A stretch of DNA of 39,225 nt, taken from a candidate division WOR-3 bacterium (GTDB taxonomy: Bacteria; Hydrothermota; Tepidihabitantia; SM23-42; CAYGYG01). Every line of letters begins with the position of its first letter. The stretch's first letter is position 1. Under the pieces are notes generated by a model. That model had not been told where the DNA came from, did no database searches, and was given only the letters and a program-made list of their open reading frames with translations. The stretch is taken from positions 1 through 39,225 of the forward strand of contig CBFGIV010000020.1 in assembly GCA_965648915.1 (NCBI GenBank), read 5' to 3'. Below, piece after piece: positions 37,173 through 39,225 of this stretch. Position numbers and translations under genes: made by a program.

Positions 37173-37406
37173 TCAGTTCACACCTGGATGGCAATCAGCT
37201 GCACAATAGCCATAACAGGAACAACCACCACCACGGCCGGAACACTGTGAGCCACAACCATCAACACCACAGTTATCCACGCCGCATCCCTGGACCATAC
37301 ATCCCCTGATTCCGCACCCATCAATTACACATATGTCAAGGGGGCACCCTATCGGTGGGTGATTGCATTTTGTTCCAATCTGATAAGGTTGGACAATATA
37401 CTCCAT
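37173..37406 (-). CDS. Cys-rich RiPP precursor peptide (Cys every fifth residue)
   Basis: 77 aa, 13 Cys; C21, 26, 31, 36, 41, 46, 51 in 5-aa period; AAGGAGGT SD; immediately upstream of the rSAM/SPASM gene. Confidence 0.88.
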   Translation of the reverse strand: MEYIVQPYQIGTKCNHPPIGCPLDICVIDGCGIRGCMVQGCGVDNCGVDGCGSQCSGRGGGCSCYGYCAADCHPGVN

Positions 37407-37408
37407 AT

Positions 37409-38452
37409 CTAACCTCCTTGTTGTGAGATTAACGAAAAGATCTGTTCAATTATTCTTTTATTGCGCGCCATAATTATTCTTCCTTTGCCGGTTAAACCGG
37501 GTTCTAAATTAATCTCGGTAGGTATACCGGTTATGTTTAAATCGGCAACGAAATTACCTTTATCCGGTGCAAGGCGGATATTTTTTACAACCCCTTTCAA
37601 AAACCGACCTTTCTTGGAAGAGAGAATTCTCAAACTTACAAAGACATCTTGACCGATCTTCACCCGGTCAATGTAAGCCTCTGGTAATTGACCAGTAAAG
37701 ACAATTTTGTTCCTATCGGCAATGTATGCCAGTCTTTCACCCAGGTTGACTTTCCGAAACAGTAGATCACTTTCCGGATTGAATCTGATTGGCCCATTAC
37801 GGTTTGAAATGATAAAGTTAATTTTCATATTCTTATTTAAAGTAGCGATCTCGCTTGAAATCAATCTAATTTCTTCGATCTTCTCTTGAATCTGCCTTGC
37901 ACATAACTTCATCTGAAGGGAAATCTCTTTTTGGAAAATGATATATTCTGATCGATAGACTTGATAGTCGGTTGAAATCTTATTAAATTCGTCACTGCTT
38001 AAATACTCTTTCTCATACAGCGCCCGGGCAATCTGATATTTTCGCTCCGCCTCCTGGTAGCGGGCTTCGGCGTACGGGACGAGGTTGCGGGTGGTCTGGG
38101 TCTCGAATGAGCCGCATTTGAGAAGCTCTAAACTGCTCTGGAGCTGGATAAGTTCCCTTTCGGCTCGAGTTAGTTTGAGTTGCAGGAGCTGACGTTCGTA
38201 TTCTTCATCGGGATTGGAAATTTTGAACAGGGTATCGCCAATACTGACGGTCGCACCGTCCTTTACATAGACCTTCTCGATAAAACCCGGTTTGGGCGCA
38301 CAGATTGGGAAGATCTCCTCAGGTTCGATCTGGCCGTAAATCGTAACTGATTCGTCAATCCGGCAGAAGAAAAGGAAGAGAAATATGGTGATGAATAGAA
38401 GCACAATCAGTATAATGGTGTAGTGAATGATATGCTCTATGCGAAGACGCAT
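37409..38452 (-). CDS. HlyD-family periplasmic adaptor (membrane fusion protein)
   Basis: N-terminal TM, GQIEP, PGFIEKVYVKDGATV..GDTL biotinyl-lipoyl half, coiled coil, VKIGQ.V, LEPGLTG. Confidence 0.88.
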   Translation of the reverse strand: MRLRIEHIIHYTIILIVLLFITIFLFLFFCRIDESVTIYGQIEPEEIFPICAPKPGFIEKVYVKDGATVSIGDTLFKISNPDEEYERQLLQLKLTRAERELIQLQSSLELLKCGSFETQTTRNLVPYAEARYQEAERKYQIARALYEKEYLSSDEFNKISTDYQVYRSEYIIFQKEISLQMKLCARQIQEKIEEIRLISSEIATLNKNMKINFIISNRNGPIRFNPESDLLFRKVNLGERLAYIADRNKIVFTGQLPEAYIDRVKIGQDVFVSLRILSSKKGRFLKGVVKNIRLAPDKGNFVADLNITGIPTEINLEPGLTGKGRIIMARNKRIIEQIFSLISQQGG

Positions 38453-38579
38453 ATAGTTAAAATTCTGAAGCCGGATTATTAAATTTCCAACAAATCTTAA
38501 ATCCCGATTCTCCTGTAAATCAAATTATTGCTGGAGAGAGAAAATATATAGTTCAATCTCACCTCCACCCGGCGGGCGT

Positions 38580-38607
38580 AGTATAATTATTTAAGTCGAT
38601 CTAACAA
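38580..38607 (-). promoter_or_regulatory. Candidate promoter of the RiPP operon
   Basis: Minus strand TTGTTA (38607-38602), 16 nt, TATACT (38585-38580). Confidence 0.4.
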
Positions 38608-38726
38608 TAAGAAGTTTTATTTTTTGTTAACACTTTTTTTGCATTGTGCAAAAGAAATTTGATCGAATTATGTGAGGATAAGACGAAAAGATGGATGAGA
38701 TAGCTTGAATGATTATGATGCTGGCG

Positions 38727-38770
38727 TTACAAAAATATTTGACTTTTGTAAATATATATATATATATAAT
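38727..38770 (+). promoter_or_regulatory. Promoter-like element with (TA)8 tract and overlapping inverted repeat
   Basis: TTGACT 38739-38744, (TA)8 at 38753-38768, TATAAT 38765-38770; TTACAAAA (38727-38734) / TTTTGTAA (38744-38751) inverted repeat. Confidence 0.55.
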
Positions 38771-38833
38771 AGTGTAAGTTTTATGATTAAGCAAAGTTTA
38801 GCAGGAAAAGTTTGTGAGCGATAAGGAGGTAAA

Positions 38834-39187
38834 ATGCTGAGGTTGAGTAAAAAGAGCTGGTTTTTAAGTGCATTGCTGTTCTTTTCTGGAGCACAGCTTT
38901 ATGCTCAGGGTCCCGACACCCTCTGGAGCAAGACCTATGGTGGCGACACAATTGATATAGGTTATTCAGTGCAAATGACATCGGACGGAGGATATATTAT
39001 TACTGGTTCGACCCGATCTTTTGGCTCAGGCGAAGAGGATGTTTATCTGATCAAAACGGCTGCCAATGGAAACCCGGTCTGGCTAAAATCTTACGGGGGC
39101 GCGGGATCGGATATTGGCTGGGCAGTGGGTTGTGTCCCGATATTCGTGGAAATTCATAATAACACAACCTTAACGGCGATATTATAA
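38834..39187 (+). pseudogene. Truncated secreted beta-propeller-type repeat protein (W-x-K-[TS]-Y-G-G...SDGGYII.G repeats)
   Basis: TAAGGAGGT SD, signal peptide, one full repeat and the start of a second (WLKSYGGAGSDIGWAV), then unrelated residues and a stop at 117 aa. Confidence 0.65.
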
Positions 39188-39225
39188 TCATTTAAGCCAC
39201 CTTCTCAATCTTTTTCTTAATCACT

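Noticed and set aside
37173..37406. Metallothionein or ferredoxin interpretation of the Cys-rich peptide
   Set aside because: No CxxCxxC ferredoxin motif; the rSAM/SPASM, peptidase and exporter context and the post-gene hairpin favour a RiPP precursor, although metal binding is not excluded.
897..37889. Numerous 60-185 aa ORFs antisense to or nested within the long genes (e.g. 4117-4608, 16946-17431, 22410-22967, 23819-24247, 32578-32895)
   Set aside because: They overlap well-supported genes and show no recognisable motifs; treated as shadow ORFs.

Overview
Bacterial chromosomal window, almost fully coding. The protein repertoire (several secreted proteins with FlgD-Ig/T9SS-like C-terminal tails, a 'W-x-K-T-Y-G-G' repeat protein) suggests an FCB-affiliated lineage such as candidate division WOR-3; this is inference only. 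Left to right: a secreted S8 subtilase; an unusual Tat-exported tandem SagB/nitroreductase-fold protein; a small EF-Tu domain II-like protein; a minus-strand housekeeping operon (phoH, 7TM-HD phosphodiesterase, ybeY, two CNNM/CBS proteins, recO, membrane-TPR protein); nadA; a plus-strand operon (M19 dipeptidase, mltG, two paralogous ~800-aa proteins with divergent class III nucleotidyl-cyclase domains, REC-GAF-GGDEF diguanylate cyclase); acyl-CoA dehydrogenase-etfB-etfA-tldD-pmbA; a beta-propeller lipoprotein; two envelope proteins; a compact minus-strand RiPP cluster (HlyD adaptor, 77-aa Cys-every-fifth precursor, radical SAM/SPASM maturase, HExxH peptidase, ABC exporter, small Trp-periodic basic protein); and a truncated repeat-protein gene behind a (TA)8-containing promoter. 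Strongest leads: the RiPP cluster, the tandem atypical cyclase pair coupled to a diguanylate cyclase, and the Tat-exported pseudo-dimeric flavoprotein. No rRNA, tRNA, CRISPR array or intact transposase was seen. All calls come from motif reading by eye; no database searches were run.
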